Assembly: GCA_949292105.1 (NCBI GenBank) | Contig: CASEYK010000028.1 | Coordinates: 5,246-69,245, forward strand | Length of the DNA stretch: 64,000 nucleotides | Source: an uncultured bacterium | GTDB lineage: Bacteria > Bacillota_I > Bacilli_A > RFN20 > CAG-826 | Reading direction: 5' to 3' | In this document: piece by piece, positions 1 to 8,612 of the stretch | Numbering within the stretch: the first letter of the stretch is position 1 | How the letters are laid out: every line of letters begins with the position of its first letter | Program-made: the position numbers and the translations under genes | Notes under the pieces: model-generated | Database searches by the model: none | Seen by the model: the letters and a program-made list of their open reading frames with translations, nothing else | Told to the model about the DNA's origin: nothing

Positions 1-1
1 T

Positions 2-766
2 TTGATTAATCGAAATATGCGAAATAGAGCAGACTTCAATTTCTTTTATTGTGGAAGCCAAAAAAGAGGCGAAGAGCAAGCGACATTTTTTAGAAGTCTT
101 CACTCTCAAATTATTAATGGTCACAATGAATTGTTGACTTGGGATAAAAATAGTTATGAGGAGAATTCTATTCTCGTCAAAAACTGGTTAGACAAAAGAG
201 GCTGTTCTTTGTCTAATGAACAAAAACAATTGAAGAAATTGCGTGAGTTACTAGAAGATCTTGGATGGGGTAAAAGTATATTGTTTTCTCCATATGAACT
301 ATACAATTATGAAACTAAAATATCTCGTGAACTCAAGAGTTTGACTCTAATAGCCGCCAATACAACCGATGATGTGAAAGGCGGAGCGATATTTCCTTTG
401 GTGGCCGAAAATTTGCAAAGAGGTGTTAAGTACACATATTTGTTCTTTGAATATCCTGGTGCTAAGAAGCAATTAGAAAACATATATTTATCACATGATA
501 GTAAGGTGAGGGATAAACTTAATGTTCAACTGGTTAAAAGCAAGGCGTGGTTCGCAGCAGATATTCTTTTAATCAAAATTTATGAATTTAAAAATGATGC
601 TCTACCAGAAATTTTCTTTCGCATAAAGATGTCAACTGATCAGCGATCAGAACAGTGCATTTATATAAAAGGTGATTACAACAAAATCCCAATTATTCAA
701 CAAGAAATTGAGGATTTAATTGAAGAACAACAGGTTGTTAAATTTAATGGAGAAAAATGGGAATAA
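2..766 (+). CDS. Hypothetical protein, 5'-truncated by the window edge, with no recognisable motif.
   Basis: Open frame running from the window start (254 aa). Codon usage matches the neighbours. An AT-rich 350 bp spacer follows it. Confidence 0.45.
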   Translation: MINRNMRNRADFNFFYCGSQKRGEEQATFFRSLHSQIINGHNELLTWDKNSYEENSILVKNWLDKRGCSLSNEQKQLKKLRELLEDLGWGKSILFSPYELYNYETKISRELKSLTLIAANTTDDVKGGAIFPLVAENLQRGVKYTYLFFEYPGAKKQLENIYLSHDSKVRDKLNVQLVKSKAWFAADILLIKIYEFKNDALPEIFFRIKMSTDQRSEQCIYIKGDYNKIPIIQQEIEDLIEEQQVVKFNGEKWE

Positions 767-1115
767 TAAGTTAGCTATCATTTTATATAAGATATTATTT
801 GCGTTTGAAAAGAGTATAAAAGATGCTCTTTGAAAAATAAGATTTCTATATGTATTAAAATATAAATATATCTAAAAATTTTTTAGATACAACACTTGAA
901 AAATATAATTTCAAAAGTTTTTGAAAACCAAATTTCTAAAATATTTGGCGACATTGATCTTTCAATTATTGAATGGATTGATTAATCAAATTTAAATATT
1001 ATAAATACTCTGATTATTTTTATTTGAATACAAAGATTTATAAATCTATATTTTATATTGAAAAAAATCTTTGGATGTAAGATAAAAGTTTGATACAATA
1101 AGCGAAGAACAAATC

Positions 1116-2165
1116 ATGGAAAAAATTTTGAAAAATACTAAATATCGAAGAAACTATTTTACTAGCAAAGAACTGGTACCTTTTTATGATGCTTTAGTGG
1201 ATGCTATTTCAAAAAAGAAAAACTTTTTAGAAATTGGAGAATTACTAAATGATGTAAAAGCAGTAGATATTTCAAACGCTTTCGAAAATGTTTTTTTAGA
1301 TAATCCACAATTTTATTACTGTTTCAAAAATACTTTAGTGTTCATTCAAAATAATAGGTTAAATTTAAACTATCAAAACGAATTCACTGACAAAGAAGAA
1401 CAAAACATCGAACAAATAATCGAATATCTTGAAACAAAAACCAATGGTATGGATGAGTATAATACAGCGCTTTTTGCTTTTGAATTTTTAACTCGTTTTT
1501 GTGTGTATGATTCGCGAGCATTGGAAAAGGATTTATCAGAAAAATATGAAAAATTGTACTCTTCTTTTACTTTAAGAGGTGCTTTGATTGATCGAGTTGC
1601 GTGTTGCAATGGTGTTGCTTCAGCTTATTTATATATATTGTATAAATTAGGTATTGATTCGTATATTGCTCGTGCTTCTTTGCCATCACCAAATTCTAGC
1701 GAAAGATTGGAACATGTTTACAATGTCGTAATTATTAATGGTGTCAAGGTTAATGTTGATATTACTTTATCGATGAAAGAGAAGAATAGATTTTTTAGCA
1801 AAGAGAATAGAAATGTTTATTACACAACTCATATCGGCTTTGGTGTTAGCGATAAAGATTTAATTAATATGGGATATCGCCTTTATCAAGATCAAGTTGT
1901 TGACGTACCAACAGATGCAAATGAGAATTTTTCATATTTCATGAAAAATAATTTAATTTTTGATGATTTTCCTGCATTGCGTAACGCCATGTTCTCTATG
2001 TGTAATCGTCATAAGATGTTTGAATGCCGATATGATGGACATTTTAGTAGTCAAAAGCTTAGTGAAAATATTAGTAGGATAAAAAGCATTGTTTCTTGTG
2101 GGGGTATATTAAACCAATATGGAAGGTTCGTTATTTTAATAGGAGGAGAACTATATGAAAATTAA
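1116..2165 (+). CDS. Transglutaminase-like cysteine peptidase domain protein.
   Basis: The CNGVASAYLYILYKLGIDSYIARAS ... EHVYNVVII ... VNVDITL spacing fits a transglutaminase-like Cys-His-Asp core (C-x35-H-x15-D). Its stop overlaps the next start, so it is the first gene of a long + strand operon. Confidence 0.5.
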   Translation: MEKILKNTKYRRNYFTSKELVPFYDALVDAISKKKNFLEIGELLNDVKAVDISNAFENVFLDNPQFYYCFKNTLVFIQNNRLNLNYQNEFTDKEEQNIEQIIEYLETKTNGMDEYNTALFAFEFLTRFCVYDSRALEKDLSEKYEKLYSSFTLRGALIDRVACCNGVASAYLYILYKLGIDSYIARASLPSPNSSERLEHVYNVVIINGVKVNVDITLSMKEKNRFFSKENRNVYYTTHIGFGVSDKDLINMGYRLYQDQVVDVPTDANENFSYFMKNNLIFDDFPALRNAMFSMCNRHKMFECRYDGHFSSQKLSENISRIKSIVSCGGILNQYGRFVILIGGELYEN

Positions 2166-4344
2166 CAGCAACAGTTCAAAATTTCAAGAGGATTTATGGC
2201 AATATCTACAGTTATATAACAATATTATTATTGATGGTCTAATCACCGACAATCAACTCTATTACATTAGCAGTGAATCCGATAATTTAGATTTGGCCAA
2301 TGATGTTCTTCACTACATTGAGACCGCTTATAGCCAAGATTATATTATTATTGCTTATGATTCTGATAAGTCCGAAAAAAATCGCTTTCAACTTTTAACT
2401 GGCACCGAAATGGTAAAAGCAAATTTTAATTCTAAACAATTGGCTGAATTAGTGGATATTTTCAAGTTTGAAGGCTTGAAAGAAAACGATAAAGAAGAGT
2501 CGAGTTCGGATGTTGATGAGCTAAAACAAACTTTACAAAATTTTGATAAAAAATCAGAAGAAAATTTTGAAGAATCCCTTGAAATTAAACATGATAATTC
2601 TGGCCCATCGCTCGATATTTCAAAAATAATTTATGCTTCGAATAATATCACTGGTAAATTGCCATTCCTTTTTGTTTTTACTTCGACATCGCGTATGGCT
2701 ATGAATTCTGGGACTATTTCAACCATTTCAGAACAGATGACATATTCTGCTATTTTAAATTTATGCCGTGAAGATATTGGTGATAATAGGGCTATTATTC
2801 TCGTGAATAAAGCCAACGACTTACCTGCCTGGCTTGGCAGTGAGACAATCAATTTAGATATTAAGACACTCTCGATCGGTAAACCTAACATTGAACAGCG
2901 AAAACTGTTAGTTAAATATTTTCTGACTCTAACCGATAAAAATGGACAGTTTATTTCGAGCGGCAATTATTTAGATTATTACCGTCAAAATGATGTTGAA
3001 ACATTTACTAGTGATGTCGCGACTATTACGAGTGAGTTCACAAATGGCAAAATTTCCTTTTTGTTTGATTTTATGTCCATTTTTGCTGATACCCTTTTTG
3101 ACAAAACAACAAAAGAACCTTTGCCTTTAGACAAAGTTTTGTTCTTATTCGAAAATGGTGCCAATGCTCAAAATCCTTGGGATTCAAACGATGTCTACGA
3201 TAAAGTCAAACAAATCGAAGATGAGATTAATGCGACATTAGCAGGACAAGAGTATGTGGCTAAAAATATCCGTAAAAATTTAGGCACGGCCGTAACAGGT
3301 AGCAGAAGAATTTCAAATAAAAATGCTCCTCGCGCTGTATTTTTCTTAGCTGGTCCTACTGGTGTAGGCAAAACGGAAGCTACTAAGGTTATTGCTAAGA
3401 CTATTTTTGGCAGCGAAGACAAAATGAAGAGATTTGATATGTCAGAATATGCTCAAGAGCACACCGATCAAAGATTGTTTGGTGCTCCGCCAGGATATGT
3501 CGGTTATGATGCTGGCGGTGAATTGACCAATTATGTCGCTCAAAATCCATTTTCTCTACTTTTATTTGATGAAATAGAAAAAGCACATCCTAAAATTTTT
3601 GATAAATTTTTACAAATTTTGTCCGATGGTCGTTTAACCGATGGACAAGGGCGCACGGTTAGCTTTGAAAACTGCGTCATAGTGATGACGAGCAATGCTG
3701 GCATTTCTGTTGACAAATTTCAAAACAATGTTGGTGGAACTATCGTTGAAAGTATTGATCCAGATTTAGCTACCGCTTATGAAAAGGCTAATGTCGATTA
3801 TCATCTCGCAGATATCTCTAACCTCATCAAGCTTGAAACTGACAAGGCGCCTATTACCAGCAAAACCAATCCAAATATCGTGCTTAAAGATCCAAAAGAT
3901 TTTTATAGTCATTTTATCAAGTATGTCAACTGTAACCTTGAGTATCATTTTGAAAAAAAATTAAACCGAAAAGAGATTTATGGCCGTTTAGTTGACTCGA
4001 TTATTGTGTATAACTACATATCTCAAGATGCGATGGAAGTTATTGTTAAAAATCAAATTGAAAAGACCAACAAGCATTATTTGTCGACATATAATTTGAC
4101 TATTGATCCTTCAAAACAAGATGAACTGAAAAAGTTTTTAATCGATAAAGCCAATAACTCGACAACAAGAAGTCTCGGCGGGCGAGGCATCATTAAACTC
4201 ATTGACACTTTTTATGCTGACGCAATATCAGATACGATTTTGCAATTAGATTTGAAAAAAAATGGTCAACCAGTTGTCCTTTCTTGGGAAGAAATATCCG
4301 ATAACTATACGAAACAAAACAAATTGACTTTCAAATTGAAATGA
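2155..4344 (+). CDS. AAA+ ATPase with a ClpA/ClpB/ClpC D2-type module (residues about 390-560) and an unknown roughly 380-aa N-terminal region. No IGF/VGF ClpP-docking tripeptide is visible.
   Basis: Sequence FFLAGPTGVGKTE (Walker A) ... LFGAPPGYVGYDAGGELT ... SLLLFDEIEKAHPKIFDKFLQILSDGRLTDGQGRTVSFENCVIVMTSN is a near-textbook Hsp100 D2 signature. Confidence 0.7.
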   Translation: MKINSNSSKFQEDLWQYLQLYNNIIIDGLITDNQLYYISSESDNLDLANDVLHYIETAYSQDYIIIAYDSDKSEKNRFQLLTGTEMVKANFNSKQLAELVDIFKFEGLKENDKEESSSDVDELKQTLQNFDKKSEENFEESLEIKHDNSGPSLDISKIIYASNNITGKLPFLFVFTSTSRMAMNSGTISTISEQMTYSAILNLCREDIGDNRAIILVNKANDLPAWLGSETINLDIKTLSIGKPNIEQRKLLVKYFLTLTDKNGQFISSGNYLDYYRQNDVETFTSDVATITSEFTNGKISFLFDFMSIFADTLFDKTTKEPLPLDKVLFLFENGANAQNPWDSNDVYDKVKQIEDEINATLAGQEYVAKNIRKNLGTAVTGSRRISNKNAPRAVFFLAGPTGVGKTEATKVIAKTIFGSEDKMKRFDMSEYAQEHTDQRLFGAPPGYVGYDAGGELTNYVAQNPFSLLLFDEIEKAHPKIFDKFLQILSDGRLTDGQGRTVSFENCVIVMTSNAGISVDKFQNNVGGTIVESIDPDLATAYEKANVDYHLADISNLIKLETDKAPITSKTNPNIVLKDPKDFYSHFIKYVNCNLEYHFEKKLNRKEIYGRLVDSIIVYNYISQDAMEVIVKNQIEKTNKHYLSTYNLTIDPSKQDELKKFLIDKANNSTTRSLGGRGIIKLIDTFYADAISDTILQLDLKKNGQPVVLSWEEISDNYTKQNKLTFKLK

Positions 4345-4362
4345 AACGATAGGATTTAGAGT

Positions 4363-4656
4363 ATGGACGATAGAATAAATTATCTAATTTTTGGTAGATA
4401 TTTAGAAACGGCCAATCAAACAGATGATGCCGTTATTGCGTATGAGCATTTTATTAAAACACATAATTTTTATTCTTACTACGTTAACTTAAAAGGGAGA
4501 GAGTTTGTTGAGGAAGAAATAAAACAATTAAAAAAGATAGAAGATTTTTGTCATTATGAAGCGTTTTTGGATCAGTTAGAACAATTCTCTGAACATAATG
4601 AAATCAGTCAACTATCTAACATTGATTTTACTATTTGGCAAAATAGTTTCAAATAA
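4363..4656 (+). CDS. Small hypothetical protein (97 aa).
   Basis: ORF in operon context, sitting 19 bp after the stop of the previous gene. Confidence 0.4.
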   Translation: MDDRINYLIFGRYLETANQTDDAVIAYEHFIKTHNFYSYYVNLKGREFVEEEIKQLKKIEDFCHYEAFLDQLEQFSEHNEISQLSNIDFTIWQNSFK

Positions 4657-4683
4657 TTGTAAGGGAAAGGAGTAACAAATACG

Positions 4684-6189
4684 ATGGGCAGGCAAAAAAG
4701 TAGAAGCGCGTTTATTCGTCCAAAAGTAGTGCAGGACGAGCTGACAGCAGAAGAAAATAGTTCTACCAATTTTGAAAATGTTAATTCTTCTGAAGACTAT
4801 TTTCAGAGTAATTTAGATGCTTTAATGACTGCGGATGATGAATCTTCTATTCCCACAGCCAAAGAGCCAACAACTTCTGTTTCTGCTTATAATTTTTGTG
4901 GCAAAATTTTTGATATCGGTCAAGAAAAACAAGCTCTTGATTTTCTTTATGACAATAGAGCGGTTGATTATGTGTTCGCGTCAGATTTTTCTAAAACCAA
5001 TGAGTCAATTTCCTTTTCAAACAACTTTCAAAATATCATTAACAAATATTTTGCTTTGTTAGACAAAAAAAATGATGATTTGCAAAAATACGCCGAAGAA
5101 TATGTGCGCAATCATTTTTCTGAGCAAGATATTAATTTGAAATACAAAACCTTTTTGATAATCATGGCTTATGCAACCGACAAACTTATTATTAACTATA
5201 ATAACCGAAAGATTCGCTTTGAAAATCCAAGTGAAATGTTGAAAAAACTTTCAAGTGAAAACTTTAAATTAAATGGTGATTTTATTAAAAAATATGTTGA
5301 TGTTCTAGACTTTTATTATTTTAAAAAAGTCAACAACCACGATTATTGTGGAGCTCTATCAAAAGAAATATATAATAATTTTCTCGTTTTTGTTTCTCTC
5401 TCACCAGAAACAGGAAAAACTTATTTCGGAACACGAGAGGAAATCAAAAAGCTCTTAGACAAAAATAATTTCGTTGATGAAAAATATCATGCGGTATTAA
5501 ATGTGGATGAAGATTATAAATTTAAAACCCAATCGTTTTTAAATAACATTAGTCCAACAAATAAAGCAGAATTAAATACTGTCTTGCGCCATTTTGTTTC
5601 CCAATCATCAGTCCTTAATTATCTTTGCCTTTTGTTTATTAAAATTTCATTGATGAATTCAAGGATGTTTGTTTTAACAAACATTGATGAACAGCAAAAC
5701 TATGAATTGAAGTTTAATCAAGCCACCATTTTCGATGATTTGTGTGAGCTTGCTTCAAAATATGTGAGAAAGCAAATTAAGCCAATGTCGCCAGAAAGCA
5801 AAAAACTCGATATTATCTATTTATTTTTCAAAAACGGAATCTTTAGTGGATGGTTTGCTGATCGGCTATTGGATGTTAGTGATTCGCATTCAACTATCCA
5901 AAATTATGCTCAGCAAAAGAATTTGGACGATTTTTGTTTAGCGGTTTTTGATGCAACTAACAGCAAATATATCAAATGTAATTTTGAGTATTTAACTTAC
6001 GAAGAATTAATCGACGGAATGAAAAAAACACAGCCTATTAAATTTCTTTCAACACTCAGCGTATACATGAGAGACACAAAATTTTTTGAGACCTTAGGCA
6101 AGACTTTGGGCACAAAAATTGACATCGAAGCAATCCGCAAAAATGCAACTAATATACTGGAAAGTTGCGCACTAAATAAAAGGAGATAA
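4684..6189 (+). CDS. Hypothetical protein (501 aa).
   Basis: Long ORF preceded by a GGAG RBS. No recognisable motif. Within the operon. Confidence 0.5.
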   Translation: MGRQKSRSAFIRPKVVQDELTAEENSSTNFENVNSSEDYFQSNLDALMTADDESSIPTAKEPTTSVSAYNFCGKIFDIGQEKQALDFLYDNRAVDYVFASDFSKTNESISFSNNFQNIINKYFALLDKKNDDLQKYAEEYVRNHFSEQDINLKYKTFLIIMAYATDKLIINYNNRKIRFENPSEMLKKLSSENFKLNGDFIKKYVDVLDFYYFKKVNNHDYCGALSKEIYNNFLVFVSLSPETGKTYFGTREEIKKLLDKNNFVDEKYHAVLNVDEDYKFKTQSFLNNISPTNKAELNTVLRHFVSQSSVLNYLCLLFIKISLMNSRMFVLTNIDEQQNYELKFNQATIFDDLCELASKYVRKQIKPMSPESKKLDIIYLFFKNGIFSGWFADRLLDVSDSHSTIQNYAQQKNLDDFCLAVFDATNSKYIKCNFEYLTYEELIDGMKKTQPIKFLSTLSVYMRDTKFFETLGKTLGTKIDIEAIRKNATNILESCALNKRR

Positions 6190-6195
6190 CGCTAT

Positions 6196-8049
6196 ATGAG
6201 TTTATATACGCAAATTAATTATTACATCGATAAAATTCCATATAAATATCGAAATGTTATCAGTTATACAAATGGTGGATATTATGTCGATGGCCAGCGC
6301 ATCGCAACGCCGAGCGCAGATAGCGATGAAATAGAAGAGGCTTATCAGCAATATTTGGTGCAAACAGCGATTGATAATCTGCAAAGGAAAATTCGTTCGA
6401 AATATCGCTCGAGTTCATCTCAATTAGCTTCAGCCAAAAAACTCTATCAGCAAAAAATTAAAAATTTAAATTTAACCATGCAAGATTATTTGCAAAAACT
6501 TGATCGAATTGCACCTTCTTTAAATTCGCTTGAACAAATCAAGAGTCAAATTGCAAAACAAATAAGCGGTGGAATGAAAGAAGAAATAATAAGCAAACAA
6601 TCAATTGAAAATTCAATCGACAATGAAATAACAAAACTAGAAAAAATATATTCAAATTTCTCTAAAGAGAAAACCCCTTCTCTAAAAAAACTTGAAGATA
6701 TTCGATCTGAAATCAACGGAATCAGCACTAACTTTTTTAATTGTAAAGAGTCGCAAAACATTGATTTTCAACCCATTATAGATGCTTTTAATTCTTTATG
6801 CTCCATTGTCGGCGAAGCCTTGTCGACTTCAAACCAACTTTTTGATGAAACTGACAAGCAAAAATTGCAGCAGAAAATAGAAGCAGTGCTTAAAATGTGT
6901 CCGACAAATTTAAACGGCATTAATGATGCTGCAAAAGAAATTCAAACACATTATTCGGAAATAGTAAAAATCGCTGAGCAACGTTTAAAAAGAAAAGAAC
7001 GAGATATATCGCGAGAGGAATACTATCAGTTAGAAAAACAATTGTTTCAAAATCTAAATCATGTTGGCGAAATCCGAGAAAGAATATATGGAACGGTCGG
7101 TATGCAAGATTATTCGGGTTCCGCTGATGCCTTAAAAAAAGATGTCAAAAAACTTTTGGATAGTTTCAACTTCAGCGATTTAAATGAAGAATATATCGAT
7201 GAATATAAAGATATTGTTGAATACTTTTCGTCTAGATTTGACTCGGCCAAATTTTGGAACCAGCTTGAGTATAATGATTTAATAAAGTTGCGCGATCGAT
7301 TAATGCTCTTAAAAGATAACAATAGTGTACTAAGTGGAAGAAAAAAGAGTTTTGAGTCTCGTATTCGACAAATCAAACGATTTGCTACAATAGCTGGCAA
7401 AGAGTTTGATGTACCAAAAATGTCGCTTCTAAATTTTGAACAACAAGAAAAAATTTTAGAGAAGATACTGGCTGAAATGAAAACGGCTGCAGTCTTAAAA
7501 ACTTATCAAGAAACAATTAAACAGATTAGTCGGTATTTTCAAGAAAAAAATTTTATAGAACTAAAAACAGAGCGAACATCGCGAATGTTTGAAGGCGGAC
7601 TCTCATCACACCAAAGAGTCTTTGTCGATGAAAAGAACCCTTTCATTTTGCGCGTTGTAACAATCTATTCAAACAGCGAAGTAATTTCAGAAACTCGCCC
7701 AGCTGTTCTTGAACATAATGGCAAATTTTACTATTTACCTTTAAGCCAAGAACTTCTTAAACAGTTAAATAATTCATGTGATAGAGCAAAGGACAACAAG
7801 TTAATAGACTACAAAGGCGGCGTTGAAGAAGATCACAAGACATTAGAAGATGTATTTTATTATCGCGTATCAGACTCTGGTACCCAACTTATACTTGATT
7901 TATACAAATCTAATCAAGATATGCTTAATATTATTAAGCAAAGAGAAACAGATACTCTAAACGAGAAAATCAATAATATTACTACATCCCTCTCTAAGAA
8001 AGAAATGTCGCTTAAGATTGCTAGTCCTAGAGGTGGTAGTCAGTCATGA
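6196..8049 (+). CDS. Hypothetical coiled-coil-rich protein (617 aa).
   Basis: Long ORF preceded by an AGGAG RBS. K/E/Q-rich heptad-like stretches. Its stop overlaps the next start. Confidence 0.5.
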   Translation: MSLYTQINYYIDKIPYKYRNVISYTNGGYYVDGQRIATPSADSDEIEEAYQQYLVQTAIDNLQRKIRSKYRSSSSQLASAKKLYQQKIKNLNLTMQDYLQKLDRIAPSLNSLEQIKSQIAKQISGGMKEEIISKQSIENSIDNEITKLEKIYSNFSKEKTPSLKKLEDIRSEINGISTNFFNCKESQNIDFQPIIDAFNSLCSIVGEALSTSNQLFDETDKQKLQQKIEAVLKMCPTNLNGINDAAKEIQTHYSEIVKIAEQRLKRKERDISREEYYQLEKQLFQNLNHVGEIRERIYGTVGMQDYSGSADALKKDVKKLLDSFNFSDLNEEYIDEYKDIVEYFSSRFDSAKFWNQLEYNDLIKLRDRLMLLKDNNSVLSGRKKSFESRIRQIKRFATIAGKEFDVPKMSLLNFEQQEKILEKILAEMKTAAVLKTYQETIKQISRYFQEKNFIELKTERTSRMFEGGLSSHQRVFVDEKNPFILRVVTIYSNSEVISETRPAVLEHNGKFYYLPLSQELLKQLNNSCDRAKDNKLIDYKGGVEEDHKTLEDVFYYRVSDSGTQLILDLYKSNQDMLNIIKQRETDTLNEKINNITTSLSKKEMSLKIASPRGGSQS

Positions 8050-8612
8050 TTATCGCCTATATCATTCCAGACATAAAAGACACACTAGGCCCAAACAACC
8101 GATTATGTATATGGGTGAAAGGATGTAAAAAACATTGCAAAAACTGTTTATCACCAGAATTAAGAGCTTTTGCGGGAAATGATTTAGATGTTATAACTTT
8201 TCTCGAAGATAATGTTGATTTTTCGAAAGTGGAAGGAGTAAGCATATCAGGCGGAGAGCCATTTTTACAAAATAATGAACTATTAGATTTGGTTGTTTAT
8301 CTCGAAAGTAAAACAAAGGATATCTTAATCTATTCAGGATACAAATATGAAGAATTAGCAAAAGATCCAATCAACAGATTAATTTTCAAACACATCGCCT
8401 GTTTAATTGACGGAGAATATCTTTACGAACAAGATAAAAACGAAAAATTGAAAGGTTCACTAAATCAGCGCTTTATTTTCTTCCGAAAAGAGTTTGAAAA
8501 CTTATATTTATCTTTGAATAAAAAAGAGAGACAGCCAATTCCTATCATATTTGATAATGAGCATCTATATTTAGAAGTTGGACTACGAAAAAGGAGTACG
8601 AAGAATGTATAA
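8046..8612 (+). CDS. Radical SAM activase-like protein of the 4Fe-4S single-cluster NrdG/QueE/PflA-type.
   Basis: Sequence GPNNRLCIWVKGCKKHCKNCLSP carries a CxxxCxxC cluster motif after a GP..R motif, as in NrdG. VEGVSISGGEPFLQ is the GGEP SAM-binding motif. Size is 188 aa. The start overlaps the upstream stop (ATGA). Confidence 0.6.
   Translation: MIIAYIIPDIKDTLGPNNRLCIWVKGCKKHCKNCLSPELRAFAGNDLDVITFLEDNVDFSKVEGVSISGGEPFLQNNELLDLVVYLESKTKDILIYSGYKYEELAKDPINRLIFKHIACLIDGEYLYEQDKNEKLKGSLNQRFIFFRKEFENLYLSLNKKERQPIPIIFDNEHLYLEVGLRKRSTKNV

Noticed and set aside
1373-1609. Minus-strand ORFs nested inside long + strand genes. Examples are 1373-1609, 2631-2966, 6202-6384, 22879-23262, 32129-32311 and 43732-44073.
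   Set aside because: They are short, sit fully inside well-supported genes on the opposite strand and have no RBS. They are typical AT-rich-genome antisense noise.
8578-8604. TTG start at 8578 for the GTPase-like gene, and likewise GTG 17024, TTG 42131, ATG 57549 and ATG 54278 as starts.
   Set aside because: Downstream ATG codons with proper AGGAGG-like RBS spacing (8605, 17033, 42197, 57573, 54293) are more plausible. The long overlaps with upstream genes disappear when they are used.
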